42,858 bases of DNA from Escherichia phage Halfdan, in the sequence record NC_072811.1; one strand, 5' to 3'. The notes under the pieces were generated by a model, which ran no database searches, was not told the origin of the DNA, and saw only the letters and a program-made list of their open reading frames with translations. Each line of letters begins with the position of its first letter. Positions within the stretch are counted from its first letter, which is position 1. A program made the translations under genes and the position numbers. Below, piece by piece: positions 10,501-19,096 of this stretch.

Positions 10501-10964
10501 GCCAGTTCCGCACGCGACGCGGCGGCGGCACTGTTCGATTGTGCGGTCGAAGTCTTAGCCGTTTCGGTCGCTAACTTCGCTTCGGCGGTCGCGGTGTTAG
10601 CGGTTGCGGTAGCCAAGCGTTGTTGCGCCGTCGCCGTATTGGTCGAAGCGGTAGCCAAACGGGCTTGCGCGTTCGCGGCGTTTGCGGCCGACTGTTCAAC
10701 GCGGTTTTGCAAGATAGCGGCTTGCGCGGCCGTGGTATTGGCCGCCTGTTGCGCTTGTGCAAGTTTGGTCGAAGCCGACGCCGCTTGGTTCATTGCGGCC
10801 GAAAGCGATTGCAACCCCTTACCGTCAAGCATGGCAAGTTGTTGTTTCAGCGTTTCAACTGCGGTATGCGCGTTGCGGGCCGACGCGGCGATTCGGTCAA
10901 TCTTCGCCGGGATAGACGCCGCTACGCCGTCCGTAATTTCAATAACGATTTGTTCGTCGGCCAT
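7515..10964 (-). CDS. tail tape measure protein
   Basis: 1149 aa; Ala/Gln-rich N-terminal region with tandem peptide repeats, central hydrophobic segments, location after chaperone genes. Confidence 0.85.
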   Translation of the reverse strand: MADEQIVIEITDGVAASIPAKIDRIAASARNAHTAVETLKQQLAMLDGKGLQSLSAAMNQAASASTKLAQAQQAANTTAAQAAILQNRVEQSAANAANAQARLATASTNTATAQQRLATATANTATAEAKLATETAKTSTAQSNSAAAASRAELASIRLQQAQKKLEEQNQKTTNSFMDFAKRALSIAAITAATGALLKYADSYTALQNKLQNVSSSQAQVNELTDRLYELANKTRAGVDETATAFTRFDRSLKLMGKSQEDTLRMTETINKALVVSGATSSEASSALLQLSQAFNSGKLQGDEFRSVSENMPVVLDAVAKALNKPVDQVKKLGTEGKITSEVLFKAFQLIQQQIDDTFAKTTPTIGQAMTVLNNQVGQFVGKLDKATGVSSALAKAILWLGNNLDLLTVALVAVGAALLVAFGPALLSALGAATTAVIGFTAALAANPIGLIAIAITTAIAALTVFGDKISVTSDGLVNLQDVAKSVLSIVGDGFSAVGAEIQSLWGKAIDWINEKTNGWGENFRSLGDTILSLVKATVNGYIGAWVSAYNVVKTVWDNFPALMKGLFALVVNAGATAVETLVNSWQIGIRGIASLAEGVAPELVAKLNGALDKAKIELPRMQIEQEAKDAGSAVAQAAVSGFQTDYVGGMTDAIMQGARKISEARRAAEAEAAKSNLRGAGTNQLSGDDGKTKKAKLTQEQKDYNKALKEVTAPLREYNAAMAVAKALYDTGAISLEKYNALVAKAKDAYASATDPLYSFNKAAQEQFDVLSKVGPAMEAERNVIQARNAALQAGLPFSEAMAESIRKTTVALDEAQKKSDVLNKIYSETKGAQADLTAQQQAYNQALANGAISAEQYGIKMQQLNVDAANLKMQMGTAGFNDAIVAGMGQLVSNYQGVLQGLSGAWGNFFTGFVDGFANSIGRAIVYGENLQDTLSQVSKQILSELIGALIKVGIQYVVNQALAQTAITATTAQSTAAAATTTAAWAPAAAVTSAASFGGAAVAGIAALAVLFGMVMGFAAKGFKTGGYTGDVGTSEVAGVVHGQEFVVNAAATRKHRATLEAMNNGGSVAAVNQNSDNAGNGGGGVVMVAFDIDNNITVQGGSGDSSADSLEKAATAISQKTQADIMDSIRMGGTWSKVIKQAAN
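10570..10700 (-). repeat. in-frame tandem repeats within tape measure gene
   Basis: about 42-nt units encoding repeated (Q/E)A(R/K)LAT(A/E)(S/T).NTATA-type peptides. Confidence 0.5.
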
Positions 10965-10973
10965 GATTTCGCC

Positions 10974-11411
10974 TTATTTCAGTTTTAGTTTATACCGCTG
11001 AACAGCCTTGCGAACCTTGGCTAAACAGCGTTCTACAAATCCGGCCGATTGTTGGGCCGAATAACCGTCGTTCAATCGCTTGATATACGGTTGATTGTTC
11101 GTTATATAAATCTTTTGTCCGGGCTTCTTATTAGCCAATACGGCTTTTGCTTGCGCGATTGTTTCGGCGGCCGATGCGTTGCGCGTCGAACCCTTTTCGC
11201 CGGGATAATGCGCCTTGCCCACATTAGAAGACGGCGCGTCTAAGGTGACTTCCCAAGACGACAGTGCCTTCGACGTATCAACGGGCGTCGTATATGCCAG
11301 TTCAGCGACGGCGGTAACAGCAACAAAAACGGCCGCTTCGCTGGCGGCCGTCTCAATTTCGGCCTTTTTCTTTTCTAGCCGATTGGCTAAGTCTAAAAGA
11401 TTACCGGCCAT
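10974..11411 (-). CDS. hypothetical tail-associated protein
   Basis: 145-aa ORF, ATG 11409-11411, between chaperone and tape measure genes. Confidence 0.4.
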   Translation of the reverse strand: MAGNLLDLANRLEKKKAEIETAASEAAVFVAVTAVAELAYTTPVDTSKALSSWEVTLDAPSSNVGKAHYPGEKGSTRNASAAETIAQAKAVLANKKPGQKIYITNNQPYIKRLNDGYSAQQSAGFVERCLAKVRKAVQRYKLKLK

Positions 11412-12206
11412 GTTTAGGAACCTTTACGGGTTGTTTCGACTGTTTGGGTTGCTTTGACTCCAAACGTTTTAAGTGTTCGGTATCCATCCGTCGAATATGA
11501 AACAACAGTGATTCGGTTTGTTCTTCGTCGAATTCGAAAGCCCTTGCGTATCCGATGATTGACGACCAACTAATCGGCGTTAATCCTAACGAATGCGAAC
11601 GTTCGGAATCTAAATCGAAGAACGCTTGCAAATACAGTTGTAACCCTAATTCTAGTTCTGGTGCATTTGCTATCCGGTCGGGCATCGGTTCACCCGACCG
11701 GAACGCCTGTTGTGCTATGGTCTTTTCGTGCGGCCCTAACTCCAACAGATACAACAGAACTTCGGTTAGTTTTTTGCTTCGGCTTCCTGCGCTTCTTCCT
11801 TGAACATTGCGGCCGACTTCGCTTGGTTCTGCAAGTCGTCGTACAGTTCCGGCAAACGGCCGAACAGCGACAGCGCATTCGCACGGTTGAACGGCGCGAA
11901 GCCGGTATCTTCTTCGTTGCCGGTTACGTCGGAAAGTTGGACGTTTTCCCAACCTTTCAACACGGTATCGACGAATACGCCCATGAATACGCGTTCGGCA
12001 ACGTCGTTCGCCAGCGTACCCATTTCGATTTGACGACGGTACGGACGGGTTGCCGCTTCAAGCGCACGCGTGTAACGCGTATTCGCTTTCGACATACGGG
12101 AAATATGGAAGCCGGGAACGGAACCGTCGTCGTTCTGGCCGAATTGGATAACTACGCCTTCGACTTCTTTGGCGGTATCGGTAGCGAACTGTTTGGAAAG
12201 CGACAT
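11401..12206 (-). CDS. tail assembly chaperone G-T fusion via -1 programmed ribosomal frameshift
   Basis: track ORF 11401..11952 is in the -1 frame and open across the end of the G ORF; shift at 11769-11775 gives a ~268-aa product; the first ~60 codons of the track ORF are Arg-rich and unlikely to be translated independently. Confidence 0.5.
11766..12206 (-). CDS. tail assembly chaperone (G-like)
   Basis: 146 aa; coding strand ends GCA AAA AAC TAA; the -1 frame stays open for a further 123 codons. Confidence 0.6.
   Translation of the reverse strand: MSLSKQFATDTAKEVEGVVIQFGQNDDGSVPGFHISRMSKANTRYTRALEAATRPYRRQIEMGTLANDVAERVFMGVFVDTVLKGWENVQLSDVTGNEEDTGFAPFNRANALSLFGRLPELYDDLQNQAKSAAMFKEEAQEAEAKN
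11769..11775 (-). other. slippery heptanucleotide A_AAA_AAC (candidate -1 frameshift site)
   Basis: minus-strand sequence AAAAAAC immediately before the G stop codon. Confidence 0.5.
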
Positions 12207-12271
12207 AATTTCAAATCCTTATTTCGGAAGTTGGAGAAAAACGGGCCGGATATCGCACCGGCCCATTTAGT

Positions 12272-13801
12272 TTACTGCGGCATTGCCTTGTTTGGCAAGT
12301 ATTCGAAGAATTCAACCAACAGCGTATGGCCGAATTTCGATTCTGCGCCGTTGGTATCCAACGGAACAGTAATCGGGTTGTCTTTTTCGACGTTGATACG
12401 ACCGCCGCCAAGCGACAACAGCGGGATATCGTAAATCATGCCGCGATTGTTTGCCGCAAGAATCGCGTAGATACCAACGTCGGCGTTATTGCGTACCGCT
12501 TGGGTTGCCGCAACAGTGGTAAAGTAAGCGGTAACAGACCCGCCGACTTCGAAGTCGCCCGCCGAAGTATCGAACGCACCCAATACCCCGACCGCTTTGT
12601 TCGGCGTGATATTGTTGTTCACTTCGATAGAACCTTCGGAAATGTAGCCGAACAGCGGGGTCGGATTCGGGTTCGCCGAATTGTTGACCGACATACGGAT
12701 ACGGTAAACGTCGGACGAAGTGTTATACGCCGATTGACCAAGCGCCGAAACACGCGTACCCGCCTTGACGCCAACCGCACCGGTACGCTGTTCGTTGTCG
12801 CACGCTACAAAGGTAACGTCGGCGTTCAGCTTGTCGGCTTGCGGAATGTTCAAGGTGAATTCGTTTGCAACGGCACCGACAAGGTATTCGGATTGCATAC
12901 CGTCGGCGTCTTGGCCTAGCGTGCGTTCCAGTTGGTACGAACGGCGCTTAATCAGGTTGGCCGACTTTTCGTTACGAATGACGGTGCCGAAGTATACTTG
13001 CAGCGTGATACCGGTTCCGGCTTCGGTTACAGGCGTCCAAGTGGCGTTGTCGAGCGTAACGGTTTTGCTGTCGGTCGAAATGGCCGCAACGCGGGCGTAA
13101 CCAACGTTGTTGGCAAACGAAGTGCCAGCGCCATCGCCGCCGATGAACACCCATTGACCCGGAATCAGGCCAAAGGCGAACGAACCGGCCGTCGCGGTCA
13201 GGGTCAGCAGACCGGCCGCATAGGTCAACGCAACGTCGCCCGATGCGAATTCGTGACCGACGCGGGTAAGTGCGCCGTTCGGTGCCGCGCCTTCGTCGGA
13301 CAACGCGCCCCATACGGTAACGGCGGTTGCGATTGCGTCGCTAACCTTTTTCATGCCGTTGTTTGTGGGCACCGCGAAACCGCTTGCGACAACCAAGTCG
13401 CCAGCCGCGAAGATACCCAATCCCGAAGCGGCGGTGTACTTGATTTCGTCGCCGTCTACGCCGGTCATCGAAACTTTAGCCGCATTCAACGGCGCGGTTT
13501 GCGGTTGCTGGCGGGCATCGGCAAAGCAAAAGCCTTGCATAAGCCGGGTAATGTTGTCGGCCGTTACGTCGGTGTTGAAACCGCCCGAAGCGTCCAAGTC
13601 GGTAACGGTGCCTTTCTTCCGCTGGCGCGAAGGGTCAATCGGGGCGCGTGCCACGGTCGTAACTTCGCCGCCGAAGTCCGAATAGCTGTTCGGTTCCAGC
13701 CCGTACCAAATGGGCGTAGCCGGAAGCTGTTTCAAGCATTCTTCTTCGGCGAACGAAAGGCCCGAAATATTGCTGTCGATTTTGTTAACGTCGCAGACCA
13801 T
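12272..13801 (-). CDS. major tail protein (tube; sheath not excluded)
   Basis: 509 aa; ATG 13799-13801 with AAGGA SD; lies between connector genes and chaperones. Confidence 0.45.
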   Translation of the reverse strand: MVCDVNKIDSNISGLSFAEEECLKQLPATPIWYGLEPNSYSDFGGEVTTVARAPIDPSRQRKKGTVTDLDASGGFNTDVTADNITRLMQGFCFADARQQPQTAPLNAAKVSMTGVDGDEIKYTAASGLGIFAAGDLVVASGFAVPTNNGMKKVSDAIATAVTVWGALSDEGAAPNGALTRVGHEFASGDVALTYAAGLLTLTATAGSFAFGLIPGQWVFIGGDGAGTSFANNVGYARVAAISTDSKTVTLDNATWTPVTEAGTGITLQVYFGTVIRNEKSANLIKRRSYQLERTLGQDADGMQSEYLVGAVANEFTLNIPQADKLNADVTFVACDNEQRTGAVGVKAGTRVSALGQSAYNTSSDVYRIRMSVNNSANPNPTPLFGYISEGSIEVNNNITPNKAVGVLGAFDTSAGDFEVGGSVTAYFTTVAATQAVRNNADVGIYAILAANNRGMIYDIPLLSLGGGRINVEKDNPITVPLDTNGAESKFGHTLLVEFFEYLPNKAMPQ

Positions 13802-13812
13802 TTTAAGAGTCC

Positions 13813-14277
13813 TTATTTAATTTCGTCGTATTCGAATTCGGTTACGACGTTCAACCGATAAAACAGTTCTTCGGGCGCGATACCGTCATTAATACGCGCA
13901 CGGTAATAGAAGATACCGGCTTCGCCGCTTGGCGCGTTTCGGAACGCATCCCGAATAATCGCGGCGGCTTTGCCCCCTTTCACGCCCGAATCGCGAACGG
14001 CCTTCGGCATGTACATTTCAACGATAAGTACGCCGACGGTTTCGTATTTCTTTTGGCCCGGCGCACCTTCGCAAGTTGATAGCGTGATTTGCTGTTCTTC
14101 GACGATTTGCGACGAAACGCGAAACCAAATCTTTTCGGTATTCGGCTTGTTCGGTTCCGCCACATACGGCCAACGCGTTTCGGCTTTGTAACCGAGTAGC
14201 GCGGCGACCGGCCCGTCGATAGCCGCTTTCACACGGCCGTAAATCGAATCTTTCGCATCCGAATAGTTCGTCGTCAT
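13813..14277 (-). CDS. head-tail joining / tail-terminator-like protein
   Basis: 154-aa ORF in the connector block, translationally coupled. Confidence 0.35.
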   Translation of the reverse strand: MTTNYSDAKDSIYGRVKAAIDGPVAALLGYKAETRWPYVAEPNKPNTEKIWFRVSSQIVEEQQITLSTCEGAPGQKKYETVGVLIVEMYMPKAVRDSGVKGGKAAAIIRDAFRNAPSGEAGIFYYRARINDGIAPEELFYRLNVVTEFEYDEIK

Positions 14278-14663
14278 TCTTGAAACTCCAACGTATACAA
14301 GATAACGCCTTCACCGTTCGGCCGGATTGGGTCGATGTTTTTGATTCGGTAAACCGAACCGTCGCCCCGCGTCAACGTATCCAACGACGAAATTTCGAAC
14401 GGGACTTGTGCCATGTAACCGAGTTCGTTACCTGTCGGAACATCGCTATTCCGCATAAAGCGGATAAGCTGGCCGATGCTGGAATTAGTCGGGAAGAAAG
14501 CAACCTTAATCCCCGGCCGGTCAATTGGCGGAACGTCCGTCCCGTTCCAAGGCGTATCGTCGTCGGCTGGTTGCGACGGCGGGGCCGAATGCCAAGTTAC
14601 GGATTCGCCGTATTTGGCAATAAGCCGTTTCGCCGTGGCGATTTGTCGGTCGTATACGCCCAT
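14274..14663 (-). CDS. head-tail joining protein
   Basis: 129-aa ORF with stop-start overlaps on both sides. Confidence 0.35.
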   Translation of the reverse strand: MGVYDRQIATAKRLIAKYGESVTWHSAPPSQPADDDTPWNGTDVPPIDRPGIKVAFFPTNSSIGQLIRFMRNSDVPTGNELGYMAQVPFEISSLDTLTRGDGSVYRIKNIDPIRPNGEGVILYTLEFQE

Positions 14664-14665
14664 AA

Positions 14666-15196
14666 TTACACCCGAACCGTTTTCAACATGCCGCCGTTAG
14701 TGGCGCATTTGCCGAACAGCGGGGCTAACATCGAATCAACGGCCGAAAGCGTCGGGCGCATTCCAACCGCCAGCGGGTCGGCGTACTTGGTCGTAATCGG
14801 GCCGACAGTTTCTTCGGTTACGAAGTCGCTTGCCGTATAGTTCGGCATAAGTTCTATGCCGTTGAACTGCGCGATTACGGCTTGACACTGCGCCGCTTTG
14901 ATTTGTGCCGGTACTTCGTCGGCCGCTGCAATCAACTTACCGGAACACCCGCCGCCGTAATACGCATCGGTACGCGGCCACGAAAGGGCTTGCCCGTCGT
15001 TGGTGCGATAGCCGACGTATTCACATTCGAACGTCAACAGGTAGTCGGTTGCGTTAATCAGTTGCGCCGCGATTGCTTCGTCGTCGCCCAACGTTACACC
15101 ACGATTCGCGGCATACTGGCGGGCGTCGGCAACCGAAACGTAACTGTTGGCGTTTGCCTTACCGGTTCCGTCTTCGACAACAATTTCGATTGCCAT
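14666..15196 (-). CDS. head-tail adaptor-like protein
   Basis: 176 aa; N-terminus MAIEIVVEDGTG...ANSY resembles phage adaptor (DnaT-like domain) proteins by recollection only. Confidence 0.4.
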   Translation of the reverse strand: MAIEIVVEDGTGKANANSYVSVADARQYAANRGVTLGDDEAIAAQLINATDYLLTFECEYVGYRTNDGQALSWPRTDAYYGGGCSGKLIAAADEVPAQIKAAQCQAVIAQFNGIELMPNYTASDFVTEETVGPITTKYADPLAVGMRPTLSAVDSMLAPLFGKCATNGGMLKTVRV

Positions 15197-15207
15197 AGTC
15201 GAACCCC

Positions 15208-15669
15208 TTACGCCGACAGCGCGACGGCGGAAATCTTGCCGTCGGTAACGGTTAGCGTTACTTTGGTGCCCGTACCAGTTGCCGCGATGCCGGTAAGTTC
15301 ACCGGATACGGCTAGGGCATGGGTCGCCGGAAGGTTCGTCCATTGGGCCACGCCGTCGGCAACGTGAATCGCCGAAGCGACAAAGGCGTCGCCCGCGCTG
15401 TTCGAAACGTTCAACGCTTGGCCGTCGGTGACGATAGCGCCGTTCGCCGGAATATGCGGGTTGTCGGTCGTCGGAACGTCGGCGTATGCGTCGGGAATGT
15501 TCGCATTGTCGAAAACGTAGTCGCACGGTTCCAGACGGTCGGCCCCGTATTCAGCGTTTGCCGCGCCGTTGCGAACCAGAATATCGACGTTACCGGCGAC
15601 GATAGCCGCAATCGCGTTTCGTTCGTCGGTAGTCGGCACCGCACCGGCCGTAAAGAAAAGAACTTTCAT
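15208..15669 (-). CDS. hypothetical virion protein
   Basis: 153-aa ORF; AAGGAA SD 9 nt upstream of ATG. Confidence 0.35.
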   Translation of the reverse strand: MKVLFFTAGAVPTTDERNAIAAIVAGNVDILVRNGAANAEYGADRLEPCDYVFDNANIPDAYADVPTTDNPHIPANGAIVTDGQALNVSNSAGDAFVASAIHVADGVAQWTNLPATHALAVSGELTGIAATGTGTKVTLTVTDGKISAVALSA

Positions 15670-15730
15670 CGCATAGATTCCTTGTCAATTGCCCGATGCC
15701 CACAATAAGCCGTCGGCATCGGGCACGGCC

Positions 15731-16228
15731 TTAGTTCTGTTTCCAGCCATTAGCGGCCGGGGTGCCCTTAGCCGGGGTTGCAGGTGCGCCCGCTGCGGCG
15801 GCTGCGGCGGCCTTGGCGGGGTCTTCTTCGGTCGGGGTAGGGGTAGGCCCGCCCTTGCCGTCGTTCGCGTCACCTTGGCCCGCTGCGGCCCCTTGCTGGC
15901 CGTCCTTTTTGTCGCCGTCGCCGGTCTTGTTACCGGTTTCGGTCGATTCGCCCGGTTTCGGGGCTTTGCCGCCGACTTCCAGCAGTTTCGCACGCGCTTT
16001 CTTCACTTCGGCTTTGTACGCCTTCAAAGCGTCTTCGGCCGTCGGATGGTCTTTGTACGCTTCGGGTACGTGACCGGTAACGCCGTCGCATTCTTCTTCG
16101 ATGCGGCTAACGTGTTGCGCGTTGCGGAACTGAACCGGGACGCCCAAATCGAAAGCGTCCAGCTTTTCGGCTTCCGACGGAACAGGCCCGTCGATAAAGA
16201 AAATGATTTTCGGTTGTTTGAGATTCAT
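15731..16228 (-). CDS. hypothetical head-associated protein with Ala/Gly/Pro-rich C-terminus
   Basis: 165-aa ORF directly downstream of the capsid gene. Confidence 0.35.
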   Translation of the reverse strand: MNLKQPKIIFFIDGPVPSEAEKLDAFDLGVPVQFRNAQHVSRIEEECDGVTGHVPEAYKDHPTAEDALKAYKAEVKKARAKLLEVGGKAPKPGESTETGNKTGDGDKKDGQQGAAAGQGDANDGKGGPTPTPTEEDPAKAAAAAAAGAPATPAKGTPAANGWKQN

Positions 16229-16291
16229 TGCCGTAATTCCCGTCGGTTAGTTGCGAAAACGGGGGCCGAAGCCCCCGCCCCGTCGCGGCCC

Positions 16292-17260
16292 TTACTTGGT
16301 CTTGTACAGAACGCCCGCAAGGTCTTTGTGCGAAGTGGAATACTTATCCCAATTCGACGCCGTGAACAGCGCCGCATCGGTCGGCGATTTGCCGCCGTTC
16401 GGCTTGTCCCACGCGAAGCCCTGAATACCGACGTTGTACGACCATTCGGCTTGGTAAGTCCGTTTGATGTTTTCGTCACCGGTTGCCACGGTTTCGGCGG
16501 CGTCGAAGTCGTTGTTTTGACCGACGTAGATACCGCCCTGTACCAGACCCAGCGACATAAAGCCGGAAGCCGGGGACGGGGTAGTTACCGACCATTGCAG
16601 CGACGGCGAGTCGGTCACGACGAACAGACGGCCGAACGGGTCACGGATAACGTTAACCGTGTCGTACTTGAACAGGTTTTCGGCGTTGGTCAACGCATTG
16701 ACGTACAGTTTAGTAACCGGCGTCGAATGCATAATCCATGCACGAATGGCGTTTTGACGGTCGCCGAACAGGCCAGCGGCTTCGGTCAGGCCGACGAAAG
16801 ACGGGTCGGAAGTCGAATCGTCTTTGACGACGGCGGATTGCGCCGACAGGGCCGAAACACCGCAACCGATAGCGGTGTTCAGCATATCGGCCAGCAGGTC
16901 GCCCGCCAGTTGTTGACCGAGTGCCGCGCCAGCGACTTCGGGGTTCTGTTGAATCCAACGGAACTGGCCGGGGTCAAGGCGGATTTCGGAAGTACCGGCC
17001 GCGACCTTAACGGACGTATCGACCAGATGTTTCAGGGTCTTTTGTGCGATTGCGCCGGAACCGTAAGCGTTACGGCGGCGAACCAGACCGGAAATCTTCG
17101 CGAAGAAGGCTTCGTCGGAAAAGTCGCCTTGATGCGCGGCCGGAACCAGAACGATAACGCCGTCGGAAGCGCCGTTGAACAGTTCGATTTGCTGCGCCAG
17201 AACTTCGGTCATCGAAGAATAGGCGTATTCGGAATATACCGCGAGGTCGGAAAGTGCCAT
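16292..17260 (-). CDS. major capsid protein
   Basis: 322 aa; AAGGA SD; immediately follows scaffolding gene. Confidence 0.7.
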   Translation of the reverse strand: MALSDLAVYSEYAYSSMTEVLAQQIELFNGASDGVIVLVPAAHQGDFSDEAFFAKISGLVRRRNAYGSGAIAQKTLKHLVDTSVKVAAGTSEIRLDPGQFRWIQQNPEVAGAALGQQLAGDLLADMLNTAIGCGVSALSAQSAVVKDDSTSDPSFVGLTEAAGLFGDRQNAIRAWIMHSTPVTKLYVNALTNAENLFKYDTVNVIRDPFGRLFVVTDSPSLQWSVTTPSPASGFMSLGLVQGGIYVGQNNDFDAAETVATGDENIKRTYQAEWSYNVGIQGFAWDKPNGGKSPTDAALFTASNWDKYSTSHKDLAGVLYKTK

Positions 17261-17275
17261 GATATAGCGTCCTTA

Positions 17276-17977
17276 TTACTGGTTGTTTGCTTCCGCCTTC
17301 TGCGCCTGAATCCGGGCCGCAAGGTCGCGGGGACTCAGTTTCGACAGGTCGGCGGGTTTGTCGGAATCGTTGTTGAACTTACCGGCACCGCCGTTGACAG
17401 AAGCGCCAGTCTTAGGGGCACCGCCCCCGGACGCTTTGTTACCCCGGATAATAGCAGAAAAATCTTTGTTGGCAACAAATTCGGCGGTAAGTTGTTCGAT
17501 AGTCGTTTCGGACGGTTTGCCGTCGGCCCCAAGAACTTTGGTAGCCGGGGCGTCGCCGCTAAGGTCAGCGGTAAGCCGGGCCTTAATGTGGGGAACCAGC
17601 AACGCCGGGGCGGTACTGATTTCGGTTGCGATTTTGGTTGCGACGGAATCAACCAAAGTCGATTGGATAAACGCGTTCGCCTTCGTCAACTGGCCGTCTT
17701 TCTCGCCAAGTTGCTTTTTCAGTTCTTTATCGAACTTGGCGGCGTTGCCTTGAACTTCGCTGGTAAGCGTTGCGATTTGTTCTTCGGCGTCGCGCAACTT
17801 GCTTTCTACTTCCTTGCGCTGTTTGACTTCGTGGTCTTTAGCGCGGCGAAGTGCGCCGGTATCTTCCAGCCCGTCAACGTCAAGATGGTATTCACCATCT
17901 TTTTCGAAGTATTCGGCTTTGACGGCATCCGACAGCTTGTCGAAAACTTCTTTAGTGATTTTGAGTTTCAGCGCCAT
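17276..17977 (-). CDS. scaffolding protein
   Basis: 233 aa, charged helical composition; between head morphogenesis and capsid genes. Confidence 0.6.
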   Translation of the reverse strand: MALKLKITKEVFDKLSDAVKAEYFEKDGEYHLDVDGLEDTGALRRAKDHEVKQRKEVESKLRDAEEQIATLTSEVQGNAAKFDKELKKQLGEKDGQLTKANAFIQSTLVDSVATKIATEISTAPALLVPHIKARLTADLSGDAPATKVLGADGKPSETTIEQLTAEFVANKDFSAIIRGNKASGGGAPKTGASVNGGAGKFNNDSDKPADLSKLSPRDLAARIQAQKAEANNQ

Positions 17978-17993
17978 TTCGGTTTACCTTTCG

Positions 17994-19094
17994 TTAGCGT
18001 TTCAAAATATCCGACACTTTGTCGGCGTACTGTTCAACCGATACGGGTTTTTCGGCCCGGTATTCGGTGAAGTCTTTTGCGCGTGCCTTACCGCTGGTTA
18101 GCGCGTCGGCCGCTTCTTTCGTAAATGCGTCGCGCAAGAAACTTTCAGGTTGGCGACGCGACCAAGTATAAAACGTTTCGTCGCTTCCGTCACCATCCGT
18201 CGGGCCGTTTCCGAAAATCGGCGTAATGCGCGAACGGCACCGAATATGCGCCGGGGGAAGTGGCCCCCTTCCGAAGACGTAAACACGTTGGTTACGCCCC
18301 CGGCAAATTTCGGTCGTCGCATTGTCGATTATCGAATCCCAACGATACCGCCCCGCAAAGGCCGACGACACGGCGGCCCCGACGCTTTGGGCGATATGCT
18401 GAATAACGGTCGCGGTTACTGCGGTGTTTTGGCTGTAAATGCGGTCGAGTGCGCCACGGTTGCCGGTAATCGCGGCGATGGTCTGGTTAACCGTCCATTG
18501 ATTAGCCCAACCTTGGCGAATCAGGTTTTCGACTGCGGCTTGTGCCGACTTGCTGAACCCGGCGATAAACGCGCCAAGCAACAGGCCGTTAGCCGGAATC
18601 GGGTTGTTCGCGATGGTAGACCACAACCGCGAATCGCCGTCTTCCGACCGTGCAAGCGACGCCCAACCGAACAGCGGCACGAACAACGATTCATCTTTCG
18701 ACTGTTGCAACAGGTCGTCGGCTTCGGCTTCCGTTACGTCGTCGCTATCCGAAACCAACGCGCCGTAAATACGAAGCGATACGCGCTTATCGGTTCGCAT
18801 GAATGCGTAAAGTTGGTCTAACAGGTCTTGCGTGTACTTGTTGTAAATCTTCGATTGTGATTTACGAAGCGTCACGATAAACCGGTTAAGTTCCGCCTTG
18901 GTCATTCCGTCAAGCGTACTATATTGCAAGCGGCTTAACAGTTGGCGGAATTCGTCCGACAGTTCTTGAACCACTTTGCGAAACGTGTTCGCTTCCGACA
19001 ACTTTACGCCTTCGACGTAGATTTGTTGGCGCGTGATTACGTCGAACAAACGTTTCGCGTTTGGCGGGTTCCGATTCAATAATACGCGTGCCAT
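17994..19094 (-). CDS. head morphogenesis / minor head protein
   Basis: 366-aa ORF immediately after portal gene; call by position. Confidence 0.5.
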   Translation of the reverse strand: MARVLLNRNPPNAKRLFDVITRQQIYVEGVKLSEANTFRKVVQELSDEFRQLLSRLQYSTLDGMTKAELNRFIVTLRKSQSKIYNKYTQDLLDQLYAFMRTDKRVSLRIYGALVSDSDDVTEAEADDLLQQSKDESLFVPLFGWASLARSEDGDSRLWSTIANNPIPANGLLLGAFIAGFSKSAQAAVENLIRQGWANQWTVNQTIAAITGNRGALDRIYSQNTAVTATVIQHIAQSVGAAVSSAFAGRYRWDSIIDNATTEICRGRNQRVYVFGRGPLPPAHIRCRSRITPIFGNGPTDGDGSDETFYTWSRRQPESFLRDAFTKEAADALTSGKARAKDFTEYRAEKPVSVEQYADKVSDILKR

Positions 19095-19096
19095 GA

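Noticed and set aside
15689-18070. 793-aa plus-strand ORF spanning the capsid and scaffold region
   Set aside because: Starts at TTG, is Arg/Gly-rich low complexity typical of antisense reading of GC-rich coding DNA, has no SD, and lies opposite well-supported minus-strand genes with SDs and stop-start coupling.
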